DNA of 64,000 nucleotides from an uncultured virus (IMG/VR IMGVR_UViG_3300025168_000066) (taxonomy: Duplodnaviria > Heunggongvirae > Uroviricota > Caudoviricetes), in IMG/VR virus record IMGVR_UViG_3300025168_000066, one strand, 5' to 3'. Position numbers and translations under genes: made by a program. The notes under the pieces are model-generated. The model was given only the letters and a program-made list of their open reading frames with translations, was not told the origin of the DNA and did no database searches. Below, one piece after another: positions 8,824-18,700 of this stretch. Numbering within the stretch: position 1 is the first letter of the stretch; every line of letters starts with the position of its first letter.

Positions 8824-11577
8824 ATGAGTATTAAAACAATTGACAAGCCAATATCGGGTGATGCCGGTATTGCTAAGCGCATCAATAAAGGCGCAGAAAA
8901 GATGGTATTTGACATTCTTCAATCTACACAGTATTCTATGCCAATTCAATCTACAATTAGAGAACTTGTTACCAATGCATGTGACTCTCAGCGTGAGAAA
9001 GAAATGGCACTAGAAATAGTAAGTGGTAAGAAGAAAGTTGAAGACTACTATATTGAGCGCCACGGTGATCAGTATGAAGATAGTAATTTTGATTCTAGTT
9101 ACTATCAGTTGTCTTCATTACAACATGGTAAAAACCATGTAGATTTATTATATACACAAAATGAAGGTGTTGGGTATTGTGACACATTTGCAGTAACTGA
9201 CTATGGTGTAGGTATAGGAGCAAGACGTTTAGAAGGTATATTAGAGCTGGGTTATTCTACGAAAAGAAATACCAGTGAGAACTTTGGTGCGTTTGGTCTT
9301 GGTGCAAAAGCTGCGCTATCAACCGGTGTAGATTTCTATACTATAGAGACTATATATAATGGTATGAGATTTAAATGTAACTGTTATAACTACAAGACTG
9401 ATTTTATTATACCAGCTTTTAATGTAAAAACAGGTATGCAGAATAAATTCATAACTTTTAGTGATGGTACTAAAGTATATTATGAGCATTCTGATCAAGT
9501 AAATCAAACTACTGTATCGTTTGGTGTAAAAAAACATAACAGAAATAAGTTTGAAGAAGCTATTGAAGAGCAGCTAATGTATTTTGATAACGTTAATTTT
9601 AAAATTAAAGATGAGTATAACGAAGAAAGAAATATTCCTTTTAAAGCAGAAGTTATTTATAATTCTGAAAATCTTATAGTTTCTGATTCTTATTATTTTA
9701 ATAAGCCTCATATTGTTCTTGTTAAAGACAAAGGATCATCAACCGGTATTAACTACGGCTATATTGATTTTCGTGAGTTAGAAATGGAACAAATGTATGG
9801 TTCTATTGCTTTTAAATGTCCTGCGCGTCAAGTTGTAGCTAATCCAGATGGCACAGAAACTATATTACAAGAGGGCGTAGATGTTACTCCATCTCGTGAG
9901 AAAGTTATATGGAACGAAGCAACTAAAAAATACATTAAAAGTGTAATAATGGCAGCAGCTCAAGAAGCTAGTGATATTATAGAACAAGAGTTGAAAGAAA
10001 CAGATTTTCTTAAATGGGTAGATGCTTGTAGATCTATTATTACTGGTAACAGTAGTGAAAATAGGATTCTTAATAAGCTAGCTCGTATTATTAATACTGA
10101 TGATATGAAACCTAAGTTTGGTCCTGACCCTAGAATTAAATATGGACCGGCTCTTAAATTATTTGAAGGTTTAACGCTTATGAAGCCTTATGAAGATAGA
10201 CATGGTGATGGTATAAAACGTGAAATAATTAAAGATTGGCAAGGTTTTAATGCTAAGCATTTTTATTCTAGAGAAGAAAAGTGGTCTAAGTATAAAGATT
10301 TATATCTTATGGAAGATAAAGAGTCTGGGCTGGGGTATCCCCATAAAGTTACTACTTATACTCTTGAAGATTTAGAAGATAAGTTTGATAATCTTTTACA
10401 AAAATGTGAGGGTAATATAGATGCTGTTCAAAAAGTAATGAAAGAAAAGAATAGAGTTACAGCTAAACGTACCGCTATACTTGCTCTTATTGAAAAATCT
10501 GAATGGTATAAATCTTACGATGATGTAGAAGTTCCTGAAGACTGGTTACAAGGACGTAAAGAGGAAGAAGAAGAAGAGGCAGAGAAATCTAAATTTTCTA
10601 ATCTAAGTGCTGCAGAGCGTAGAGACATAGAAAAGAGAATAGTTGCTTACACTTTTAGACATGATACAAAAAAAGATGATTATTTTACTTTAGATAAAAT
10701 AGAACCTAAAACTATTGATCTTATGAATAGTAAATATCGTACTTATTATTGTACTAAAGAAGATGAGGGTAAAATGAAACTAGCGGCTAAACTACTTAAA
10801 GCAACTCAGCCTAAACATAAAGATGTTTATCCTAACAGTTCTTGGAGTCATTGGGACGATAATGGAACAGGGTATAACAGTCCAATGTTTTGGTTTGATT
10901 GTCCTCCTGTTAGTTATACAAAATACGGATCTGACGAGTATGAACAGTGGGCTAAACCTGTACAAGGATGGTCTCATCCTCAGCTTATACGTGTTAGTGA
11001 AAGCAGAGTTAAGTTTATTACTAAAAACCCAAATGTTAAACACATTGACGAGCTATTTTTACAAACAAACGAGAAAAATGAATATATTATGGATAAGACA
11101 CTAATAAACTATTACACAGCTTATAAACTAGAAAAGATAAATGACTTTAAATTTATGCAAGGTTTAGGATGTATACATGAGGATTTACAAAAAGATTATT
11201 GTAAATTACAAGACATGAGAAATGAAAATTACAGTGAATTTGATAGGAGACATGTACATAATGTATCTCCAGCTATTACAAATCACATGGATAAATTATT
11301 TGAATTTCAAAAATTTTGTAATCAATCTGATGATGCAGATGCTATTAAAGCTAAGTCTAAACAATTATTTGTTTTATCTGACATTACTGATGCCAGGGCT
11401 GCAGATCTAGAACTTTTGGCAAAATATGACAATCTAGTAGAATTTGCAGAGGAAATTAAACCAATGTTAGATCAACTATCTTGCCTTGAAGAAAGAGATT
11501 GTAATATGTCTCCTGAACTTGAGAAAGAAGTTAGAATTTATTTACGAGCTAAAAGTCGAGAAACATGGGAAAGTTAA
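8824..11577 (+). CDS. rIIA: rIIA-like protein (N-terminal GHKL ATPase)
   Basis: IRELVTNACDS, DYGVG, STK, GAFGLGAK GHKL motifs; VTPSRE motif; paired with a downstream rIIB. Confidence 0.8.
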   Translation: MSIKTIDKPISGDAGIAKRINKGAEKMVFDILQSTQYSMPIQSTIRELVTNACDSQREKEMALEIVSGKKKVEDYYIERHGDQYEDSNFDSSYYQLSSLQHGKNHVDLLYTQNEGVGYCDTFAVTDYGVGIGARRLEGILELGYSTKRNTSENFGAFGLGAKAALSTGVDFYTIETIYNGMRFKCNCYNYKTDFIIPAFNVKTGMQNKFITFSDGTKVYYEHSDQVNQTTVSFGVKKHNRNKFEEAIEEQLMYFDNVNFKIKDEYNEERNIPFKAEVIYNSENLIVSDSYYFNKPHIVLVKDKGSSTGINYGYIDFRELEMEQMYGSIAFKCPARQVVANPDGTETILQEGVDVTPSREKVIWNEATKKYIKSVIMAAAQEASDIIEQELKETDFLKWVDACRSIITGNSSENRILNKLARIINTDDMKPKFGPDPRIKYGPALKLFEGLTLMKPYEDRHGDGIKREIIKDWQGFNAKHFYSREEKWSKYKDLYLMEDKESGLGYPHKVTTYTLEDLEDKFDNLLQKCEGNIDAVQKVMKEKNRVTAKRTAILALIEKSEWYKSYDDVEVPEDWLQGRKEEEEEEAEKSKFSNLSAAERRDIEKRIVAYTFRHDTKKDDYFTLDKIEPKTIDLMNSKYRTYYCTKEDEGKMKLAAKLLKATQPKHKDVYPNSSWSHWDDNGTGYNSPMFWFDCPPVSYTKYGSDEYEQWAKPVQGWSHPQLIRVSESRVKFITKNPNVKHIDELFLQTNEKNEYIMDKTLINYYTAYKLEKINDFKFMQGLGCIHEDLQKDYCKLQDMRNENYSEFDRRHVHNVSPAITNHMDKLFEFQKFCNQSDDADAIKAKSKQLFVLSDITDARAADLELLAKYDNLVEFAEEIKPMLDQLSCLEERDCNMSPELEKEVRIYLRAKSRETWES

Positions 11578-12428
11578 TAACTAAAGATATAAGGAAAACC
11601 TTTAAAATAAGGGCTTCTGGAAGATCTACTGATTTTATTTCTCCTAGTTTTGGTTATGGTTGTTTGTATAATTGTTCATACTGTTATATGAAACGCCATA
11701 AAGATAAAGGTTTGTCTGTAGCTACAAATACCGGTGATATATTGACTGAAGTTAATAATCATGCGTATTTTACACCTGTAGACAAACCTAATCAGACTCA
11801 CAAAACTTTTACAACTTATGATATTAGCTGCAACGAGGATTTTGCGTTGCATGCTAAGCATCATGAGTGGCAAAGGATTTTTGAATTTTTTCGTGATCAT
11901 CCTGTAGCTATGGGTAGTTTTGCAACTAAATATGTAAACCCTAACCTATGCAAGTTTGATCCTGAAGGAAAAATACGTATTAGATTTAGTCTAATGCCTC
12001 AACATAAATCAGATTTACACGAACCAGCAACAAGTAAAATCATCGATAGAATAAAAGCTATTGATGCGTTTATAGATGCAGGATATGATGTGCATGTAAA
12101 TTATAGTCCTATTATAGTATATGACGGGTGGTTAGAAGACTACAAGTATATATTTGATATGATGAATGATTATGTTAGTTACAAAGACCAAGTTTTATCA
12201 GAATGTATATTTTTAACTCATAATTTTAAGAAACATCTTGTAAACTTAGACAGACATCCAGAGACAGAAGTAGATCTGTGGGTTCTAGACAAGCAAGAAG
12301 TTAAACGTTCTCAATATGGGGGAGAAAATATAAGATACAAACTAGGAATGAAATCTGAATACATTAAACAATTCAGAAAATTACATGAAGCAACAATACC
12401 GTGGAATACAATACGGTATATTTTTTAA
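11565..12428 (+). CDS. splB: Spore photoproduct lyase-like radical SAM enzyme
   Basis: GCLYNCSYCY (CxxxCxxC with YCY), DISCNED, FATK, RIRFSL, RI.A....G.DV....SPII match the SPL family layout. Confidence 0.8.
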   Translation: MGKLITKDIRKTFKIRASGRSTDFISPSFGYGCLYNCSYCYMKRHKDKGLSVATNTGDILTEVNNHAYFTPVDKPNQTHKTFTTYDISCNEDFALHAKHHEWQRIFEFFRDHPVAMGSFATKYVNPNLCKFDPEGKIRIRFSLMPQHKSDLHEPATSKIIDRIKAIDAFIDAGYDVHVNYSPIIVYDGWLEDYKYIFDMMNDYVSYKDQVLSECIFLTHNFKKHLVNLDRHPETEVDLWVLDKQEVKRSQYGGENIRYKLGMKSEYIKQFRKLHEATIPWNTIRYIF

Positions 12429-12448
12429 CCAATTAAATTTTTTAAACT

Positions 12449-13615
12449 ATGATTACAATAAATGTAATAGACGACAAAATCTGTGGATCTTATGGGGATA
12501 CCCCATTCACAGTTGAGTATGAGAAAAACTTATACGATAGAATGCAACAGCTTAGCCATAAGGCTCAAGGTGTAAATACAGTAGAAGAATACAATGAAGT
12601 TATGGAGGAGTTTGCTCCCCTATGTGTTGTAGACTATACTAAAACCATTGAAACACAATGTGAGTACATTCATGTTAACAAGGCTACAGGAGAATTCTTC
12701 CTTAAGCATAACAGCGTAGTATCTAGTATACCTATGCCTCAAGCTTTAGTGGATAGAATATTTGACTCTTTAGATAAAGATCTAGACTTTATGCCTTTAA
12801 TTAAAATGTGGACTAGATGGTTGCGTAACCCAATCTTGTGGAGAAAAATGAAGCAAGGTCACGGGAACAATTTTTGTGAGAGATTCTTTAATTTTGTGAA
12901 TATGAAATATACTCACCCTAAAATGAAAGAAGATCTTATAGAGCAGGGTCTTACTGATGAAGCAGCTTCTAAAAGAGCAGAAATGTACCAAATGAAAATC
13001 ACCCATGAGGGATTACTAAATGGTTACAAAGTCTCTACAGAAGTGCTTCATAAGTATGACGCAGAAACTGGAGAAGAAGTTGATCGTTATAAAAGAACGT
13101 TTAACATTGATACCGGTGAGATAGAAGGTGGTGGATTACCAGAATTTGTAGAAGATAGGCTATTTCAACCCGCTATGATGGGAACAAGTGGAGATGCTTT
13201 CTTTTGTGAGGGGCCTAATGGCTTTGCTAATCCAGGACATTTTATTAAAGTTGGGTGTACTCATAGACTAGAATCATGGGACCAAATTAACGTGGATGAT
13301 AGACGTTCATGTGTTAAAGGTCTTCATATTGGTGGTCTAATGTACATTAATTGCTACAGTGGAGAAATTCACAATATTTTTGTAGATCCTATGCATATTG
13401 GCGCAGTGCCAGATGACTCAGACGGAGCTATAAGATGTAAGCAATATTTTGTTCATTCATCTTTATCAGGTGTGAATGGATCTATTTACCACAGCTCTAG
13501 CTATGCAGCTATGACAGACGCTGAATGGGATGACATGCGCTTAAAAGCAGTGCAAGAAAAGTCTGAACGTAAAGCTGAATGTGACAAGGAAGTTGCAGAG
13601 ATGAACGCTCTGTAG
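12449..13615 (+). CDS. rIIB: rIIB-like protein
   Basis: WLRNP, GLLNGYK, SCVKGLHIG, VDP..IGAVP.D....IRC typical of rIIB C-terminal domains; follows rIIA. Confidence 0.75.
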   Translation: MITINVIDDKICGSYGDTPFTVEYEKNLYDRMQQLSHKAQGVNTVEEYNEVMEEFAPLCVVDYTKTIETQCEYIHVNKATGEFFLKHNSVVSSIPMPQALVDRIFDSLDKDLDFMPLIKMWTRWLRNPILWRKMKQGHGNNFCERFFNFVNMKYTHPKMKEDLIEQGLTDEAASKRAEMYQMKITHEGLLNGYKVSTEVLHKYDAETGEEVDRYKRTFNIDTGEIEGGGLPEFVEDRLFQPAMMGTSGDAFFCEGPNGFANPGHFIKVGCTHRLESWDQINVDDRRSCVKGLHIGGLMYINCYSGEIHNIFVDPMHIGAVPDDSDGAIRCKQYFVHSSLSGVNGSIYHSSSYAAMTDAEWDDMRLKAVQEKSERKAECDKEVAEMNAL

Positions 13616-13633
13616 CTAGTGTTTAATTGGTAA

Positions 13634-13735
13634 GATATGAGGGGGTAGACGAACGGCGTTTTGCCAACCAACTTTAACCGGGAGTATAAGAGCTTCCTGT
13701 TTTTAATTAGATTTTATATCTACCCCCTTTATATC
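13634..13735 (+). ncRNA. Putative structured intergenic RNA element 3
   Basis: Stem GATATGAGGGGGTAGA (13634-13649) / TCTACCCCCTTTATATC (13719-13735) enclosing two hairpins (GGCG-TTT-TGCC; GGGAGT-ATAAGA-GCTTCC). Confidence 0.5.
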
Positions 13736-13756
13736 AATAACCCTAAATTTTAAAAT

Positions 13757-14509
13757 ATGAATAGAGATGAAAAAATAGCTTTAATAGATGGTGATAGTCT
13801 TATATACTATGAGATGAGTAAACCTACACTAGAAGAAGCTTTAGATGGCATAGACATGAGAATTACTCAAATGCTAAATATAACAGGATGTACACATTAC
13901 GCAGGTTTTCTAACACAAGGTAAATGCTTTAGATATAACATAGCAACTACAAAACCATATAAATACAACAGAAAACGAGGTAATAAACCAATTATATTTC
14001 CAGCAATTAAAGAATATTTAAAACAAAAATGGAATTTTACATACATTCCTGAATTAGAAGCAGATGACTTAGTTTCTGTATATCATGACCCTTTAAAGAC
14101 TGTAATATGCAGTCCAGATAAAGACGTGTTGTATCAAAATAAAGTATCTAATTATAATTATGGTAAAGCAGAATTTGCTACTGTAGATGAAAATGAATCC
14201 CTACGTTTCTTATGGAAACAAGTACTAATGGGAGACTCTACAGATGGTATTACTGGTATCCCTAAAGTAGGTCCTAAAACTGCAGATACATGGTTAGAAA
14301 ACATGCTACCTGTAGAAATGCCTACATTTGTATTAAATAAATATATAGAAAAGTTTGGAAATTCTGAAGGAATTCATAGATTTACAGAAACCTTTAAACT
14401 TATTTACATACTAAAAACTAAAAAAGATGTACTAAGAGAAACCGGTATAGAATTGCCAGAGCTTGAAGTACATAAAGTTGAACTTTTAAATCAAGAAGAA
14501 TTATGGTAA
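13757..14509 (+). CDS. 5'-3' exonuclease / flap endonuclease (T7 gp6, T4 RNase H-like)
   Basis: LIDGD, YKYNR, EADD, SPDKD, GDSTDGITGIPKVGPKTA (H3TH). Confidence 0.9.
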   Translation: MNRDEKIALIDGDSLIYYEMSKPTLEEALDGIDMRITQMLNITGCTHYAGFLTQGKCFRYNIATTKPYKYNRKRGNKPIIFPAIKEYLKQKWNFTYIPELEADDLVSVYHDPLKTVICSPDKDVLYQNKVSNYNYGKAEFATVDENESLRFLWKQVLMGDSTDGITGIPKVGPKTADTWLENMLPVEMPTFVLNKYIEKFGNSEGIHRFTETFKLIYILKTKKDVLRETGIELPELEVHKVELLNQEELW

Positions 14510-15279
14510 CACAATGCGATGAATTAGTATATACTCCTGTAAATGCATTAACATTTAAAATTACAGGTAATACTTTATGCTTAAAACCTGTGTATAATGA
14601 TAAAAAACACATAATTGCATTGAAAGGCCCTGAAGATATTCTTATTGATTTAGGTTTAACCGTATTAGTTAGAAAATTAAAATACAAAGTTAATATTATA
14701 GAGAGGATTCCTAACGAGATTCTCTCTATATCTAACAAAGTAGAATATCATATATCTATGGCTAAAAGAACTAAAGCTTCTACATTTCTTATGCCTATGC
14801 TTCCTGGAACTAAAAAACTTTATTTTTGGAATAAACTATTTATAAATTGTTTTATAGGAACAGATGAAGATACTAGATGTATTGCTTTACTTTTTAGATG
14901 GTCTTCAGATTTAAGATTTATTAAGTTTGAAAAATTACTTTCTACGTTTAAAATGTTTAAGAGAAGATATGATCCAAATCCACATCTTGTAATGTTTATA
15001 TTTGATATACCTAAAGGTTATGCAAAAGATTACAGAGCATTTATAGCGGGGAAGTATTCTAAGATGTCACGAGAATATAAAATAGATATTTTAGATTTTC
15101 ATGATGCTGATATACAAGACGAAATAGGACAAATAATATTTAAAAGCAGTAAACGTAAAGACTTGCTAGAAGAAAAGTTGGGAGCTGTACTACCAGAAGG
15201 ATCAGAATTACTAAGCATTTTAGATATTAAAAAAGAAACATATAATCCTAAAATTTATGAACTAAAAAAATTATTATGA
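14503..15279 (+). CDS. Hypothetical protein
   Basis: 258-aa ORF overlapping both neighbours. Confidence 0.7.
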   Translation: MVTQCDELVYTPVNALTFKITGNTLCLKPVYNDKKHIIALKGPEDILIDLGLTVLVRKLKYKVNIIERIPNEILSISNKVEYHISMAKRTKASTFLMPMLPGTKKLYFWNKLFINCFIGTDEDTRCIALLFRWSSDLRFIKFEKLLSTFKMFKRRYDPNPHLVMFIFDIPKGYAKDYRAFIAGKYSKMSREYKIDILDFHDADIQDEIGQIIFKSSKRKDLLEEKLGAVLPEGSELLSILDIKKETYNPKIYELKKLL

Positions 15280-15752
15280 AGATAAATATAAATGACATTG
15301 TAGTGTTAATGAAGCATGACCCAAGACATCATCGAGGAGTTATAGGTGGTAGGTATGTAGTTGTAGAAATTTTAAAAACAGAACTTAAACTGTGCTCTGA
15401 AGGCACGTTAGATCTTTGTTTTTATGCTGAGGCTGATAATGTAGAGCCGTTAGTGCAGTGTACAATACCTTCTTGGGTAAGAACAGATACGAACTCTGAT
15501 GATTTTGCAAATAATCTAGACAAAGTAACTAGTGAAATTGTAGAATTATTAAAAAGTAAAAACAAAGCCTATGGTAACACGGCGTTAGCTCCTGTTAAGA
15601 TATTTAGCAGGCTTGACGCAACAGAGGCTTTGTGTGCACGTATTGATGATAAAATTATGCGTATAAAAAACAAAGGTATAAATGATCAAACTGAAGATAC
15701 AGTTGATGATCTTATAGGTTATCTATTGTTGTTAAAAATGAGTATGCAATAA
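15276..15752 (+). CDS. DUF1599 / nucleotide-modification-associated (all-alpha NTP-PPase-like) domain protein
   Basis: C-terminal KNKAYG...RIDDKIMRIKN...EDTVDDLIGYLLL. Confidence 0.65.
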   Translation: MKININDIVVLMKHDPRHHRGVIGGRYVVVEILKTELKLCSEGTLDLCFYAEADNVEPLVQCTIPSWVRTDTNSDDFANNLDKVTSEIVELLKSKNKAYGNTALAPVKIFSRLDATEALCARIDDKIMRIKNKGINDQTEDTVDDLIGYLLLLKMSMQ

Positions 15753-15754
15753 CT

Positions 15755-15780
15755 AAAAGAGGGGGCAATGCCCCTTTTTT
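15755..15780. terminator. Bidirectional terminator between the convergent replication and virion modules
   Basis: AAAAGAGGGGGC-AAT-GCCCCTTTTTT: hairpin flanked by A and T runs at the strand switch. Confidence 0.8.
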
Positions 15781-15789
15781 ACAGCCCCC

Positions 15790-18700
15790 TTAATCTAATG
15801 TAGTAAACCACTTATATGCGTCTTGTGGATTCCTTGATTTTTGTAAACCTCTAAATATAGGGAATAAATCTTCAAAATCTTTTCTTATTTTACGATCTCC
15901 TTTTTGATATTTACCACTTTTTCTTTGGTAAAAAACTTCTTTTTTATCTCCTAATCCTATAGCGTAAGCACCTTCACTTAATAATTGCCCTAATAACTCA
16001 CCGCCTTTTAGTATTGGTCTAGCTGTTGCAGTAGGAGACTGTAATATTCTAAATGCCTCTTTAGTTCCTACTAGCGGCGTCCATTGCATAATCTCTGTTT
16101 CATATCTTTTAGCTTGATACAATGCAAAATTACTTAACCAGGTTTCGTCTTCATCATCAAGATCCGCTAAGAACCCTACTAGCAGCATAGCTCCCATTAA
16201 GGATGATAATTCTACTGCAGTTCTTTTAACATTTTGTTGTTCCATTTCAGTCATTCTACCATAAGCAAAAGATTTGTCTGATATACTCTCTGTTATAAGA
16301 TTCCAAAAAGATATGTACATACCTTGTGTAACTGCCCCTAACTCTTCATCCACATGTATAGTAGAGTTTCCTCCATGTCCGTATCTTCGTCTGATCCCTG
16401 GAGGCATCCAGTTACGGAAAAGCATAAATAATTTACCCCACCAACGTCTTTGTAACATGTTGGTATGCATTTTACTTTTTATCTGATTAGTTCTTCTACT
16501 TAATCCTTGTAGTTTCATTATAAAATCTAGCCTGCTAAAATTAGCTACTCTAGGATCTACAGACATTTTACCGTTATCATCTACTATAAGCATGTCATAT
16601 AAATTAGCTGGTTTGCCATCTTCATTCATAATAACATTACCGTCGCTGTCTTCTAGTTTACCTTCTAAGTTTTTCATTAGCGCTAACATTCTTGTAGCAG
16701 ATAATTCATGTTCAGCAGCTTGTTGTAAAAATAATAGATTACCACTTTTTGCAAGCTTTCTAGATTTACCCCCAACAATTTGATTACCTTCAGAATCTGT
16801 AAATTCTGTTAAAGCATCAAAAAATTCTACTGCTTTACCTATTTTACTTTTTGGGTCAAATCTACCTATGTCTGTAACAGCCATCCCTGAGCTCCAGTAT
16901 TCTCCTTTAGCCCATGCAAGATCTCCTTTATCCATAAATTGTCCTGCAATAGATTCTTGTAACATCATTAAATTATCTAAAATAGACTGATTAGCCCCTT
17001 GTAGTAAGTTAAATGATAAAGTACTTATTGCAGTAAATGAATTTATTGTACCTACTGCTTCATTTGCAGAAAATGTTTTACCAAATATTGTAAAATCTTG
17101 TTGTAAATTACTTTGTCCAAACATTACAGAATCAAGCCACTCTTGCACATGTTTATAGTTGTTACTTTCACCCTCTTTTAACTTAGGCATGTCTATACCC
17201 ATTTGTTTTGCAGCTTTTTGTATTAGCTGTATTCCTGCAGAATTAGTTTCTAAAGTTTTTCTATTCTTTAAAAGGTCTTGGAAAAACATAACCTGCCCAA
17301 CAATTTCACTTTTAGATTTAAAGTTATGCGCCATGTGTCTAAATCTATATAAACTACTAGCAACATCTCTAGAAACTTCTCCAGATGGAACCTTGTTAAC
17401 TGCATAGATTGGAATCTTCTTTTCTATATCTCTGTTATTTTCATTGTAGGTATAGTAATCATGATTAGTTTCTTGTATAGTAAACCCATCTTTTAATGTG
17501 TCTTGTATTGTATTATAAACACCTTTTTCTTTTAGCCTATCAATGTCTTCTTTTCTATAAGTTGGCATTAAATATGAGTATTTGTCCCATCCGTTTTTTT
17601 CCATCTGCTTAAGGCCAATCATTCTTTGCGCCGCTTGAAACTCTTGTATGATAAAATCATAATACTCTTTTAATCTAGGATCATTTTGTATTTTAGTATA
17701 CTTTTCATTAGCATACACAGAAGCTTTAGGTCTAAGAAAGTCTCCAGCAGGCTTTTCGTTTATATAATTTCTATTTCTAAATTTTTCTAGTTCATTTTTT
17801 CTAATACGTGCATTTGATAAAGCTTCTGATTTTCCTACACCCTCATTTTTTAAAGCATTAATAATATCAGCTTGTATTTTAATTTCTTTGTCTAACTTAG
17901 CAAGCTCTTGTTTGTAACCTGGAATAGCTTCTAAATTTTTATCTGTCCATTTAGATAGTTCTTTTCTGTATCTACCTCCTTTAGACTCGCTATTTCCCCA
18001 GCTGTCTAAATCTCTATTAAAACTTGCATAGTTAACATCTCCTTCAGAATTAGTATAATCTTGTTTTCTTGGTATCCCGTGTTTTTTCCCTAACCTATTT
18101 TTTTCTTCTGTAAGTTCTTTGTAGTATCTTTCAGAATCAATTGGATTAACTAGTGCTAATCTTTTCATTCCTCCTATAGTTATTTCTTCTAGTACAGGAT
18201 CATTTAATTCTTCTACATTTGATTCATTTTGACCAGCAGCAAATCTTTCATACATAGGAGCTAATTTAGATTTTAAATCTAGAGTCATATCATTCGACTC
18301 TAAATTTGCTTGCGTTACAGTTTTAACTAGTAACTGTATACCTCTGTCACTAGAATATATTATAGGATCAAAATAATAAGAATACCCACTCTTATCTTTG
18401 TGCGCAGTTGTTAGTTCAGAGACAAGATCTTTATAGTTTTTAAGTTGTTTTTGTTTTAATTGCTCAATATACAGTTTTGATTTTTTAAGTTTAAACTCTT
18501 GGTCTGTAAGCTCTCCTTTATTATATCTTCCTTTTAACTCAATATAAGCAAGATCTGACTCGTCTAAACCTTTAGATCTAGTAAACTTCTTTGCATTATC
18601 TATAAGTTTTTGTATGTCTGCTGGTAAATCTTTATTTGATAGTCCTATCATAGATTGTGCTAGCATAGGAATAACATCTTCTTTAAAATCCTGATCTAAA

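Noticed and set aside
1711..14738. Short minus-strand ORFs and nested plus-strand ORFs in the replication module (e.g. 1711-1911, 3956-4219, 5924-6157, 10823-11104, 14418-14738)
   Set aside because: They lie wholly within or opposite well-supported genes and have no motifs; shadow ORFs.
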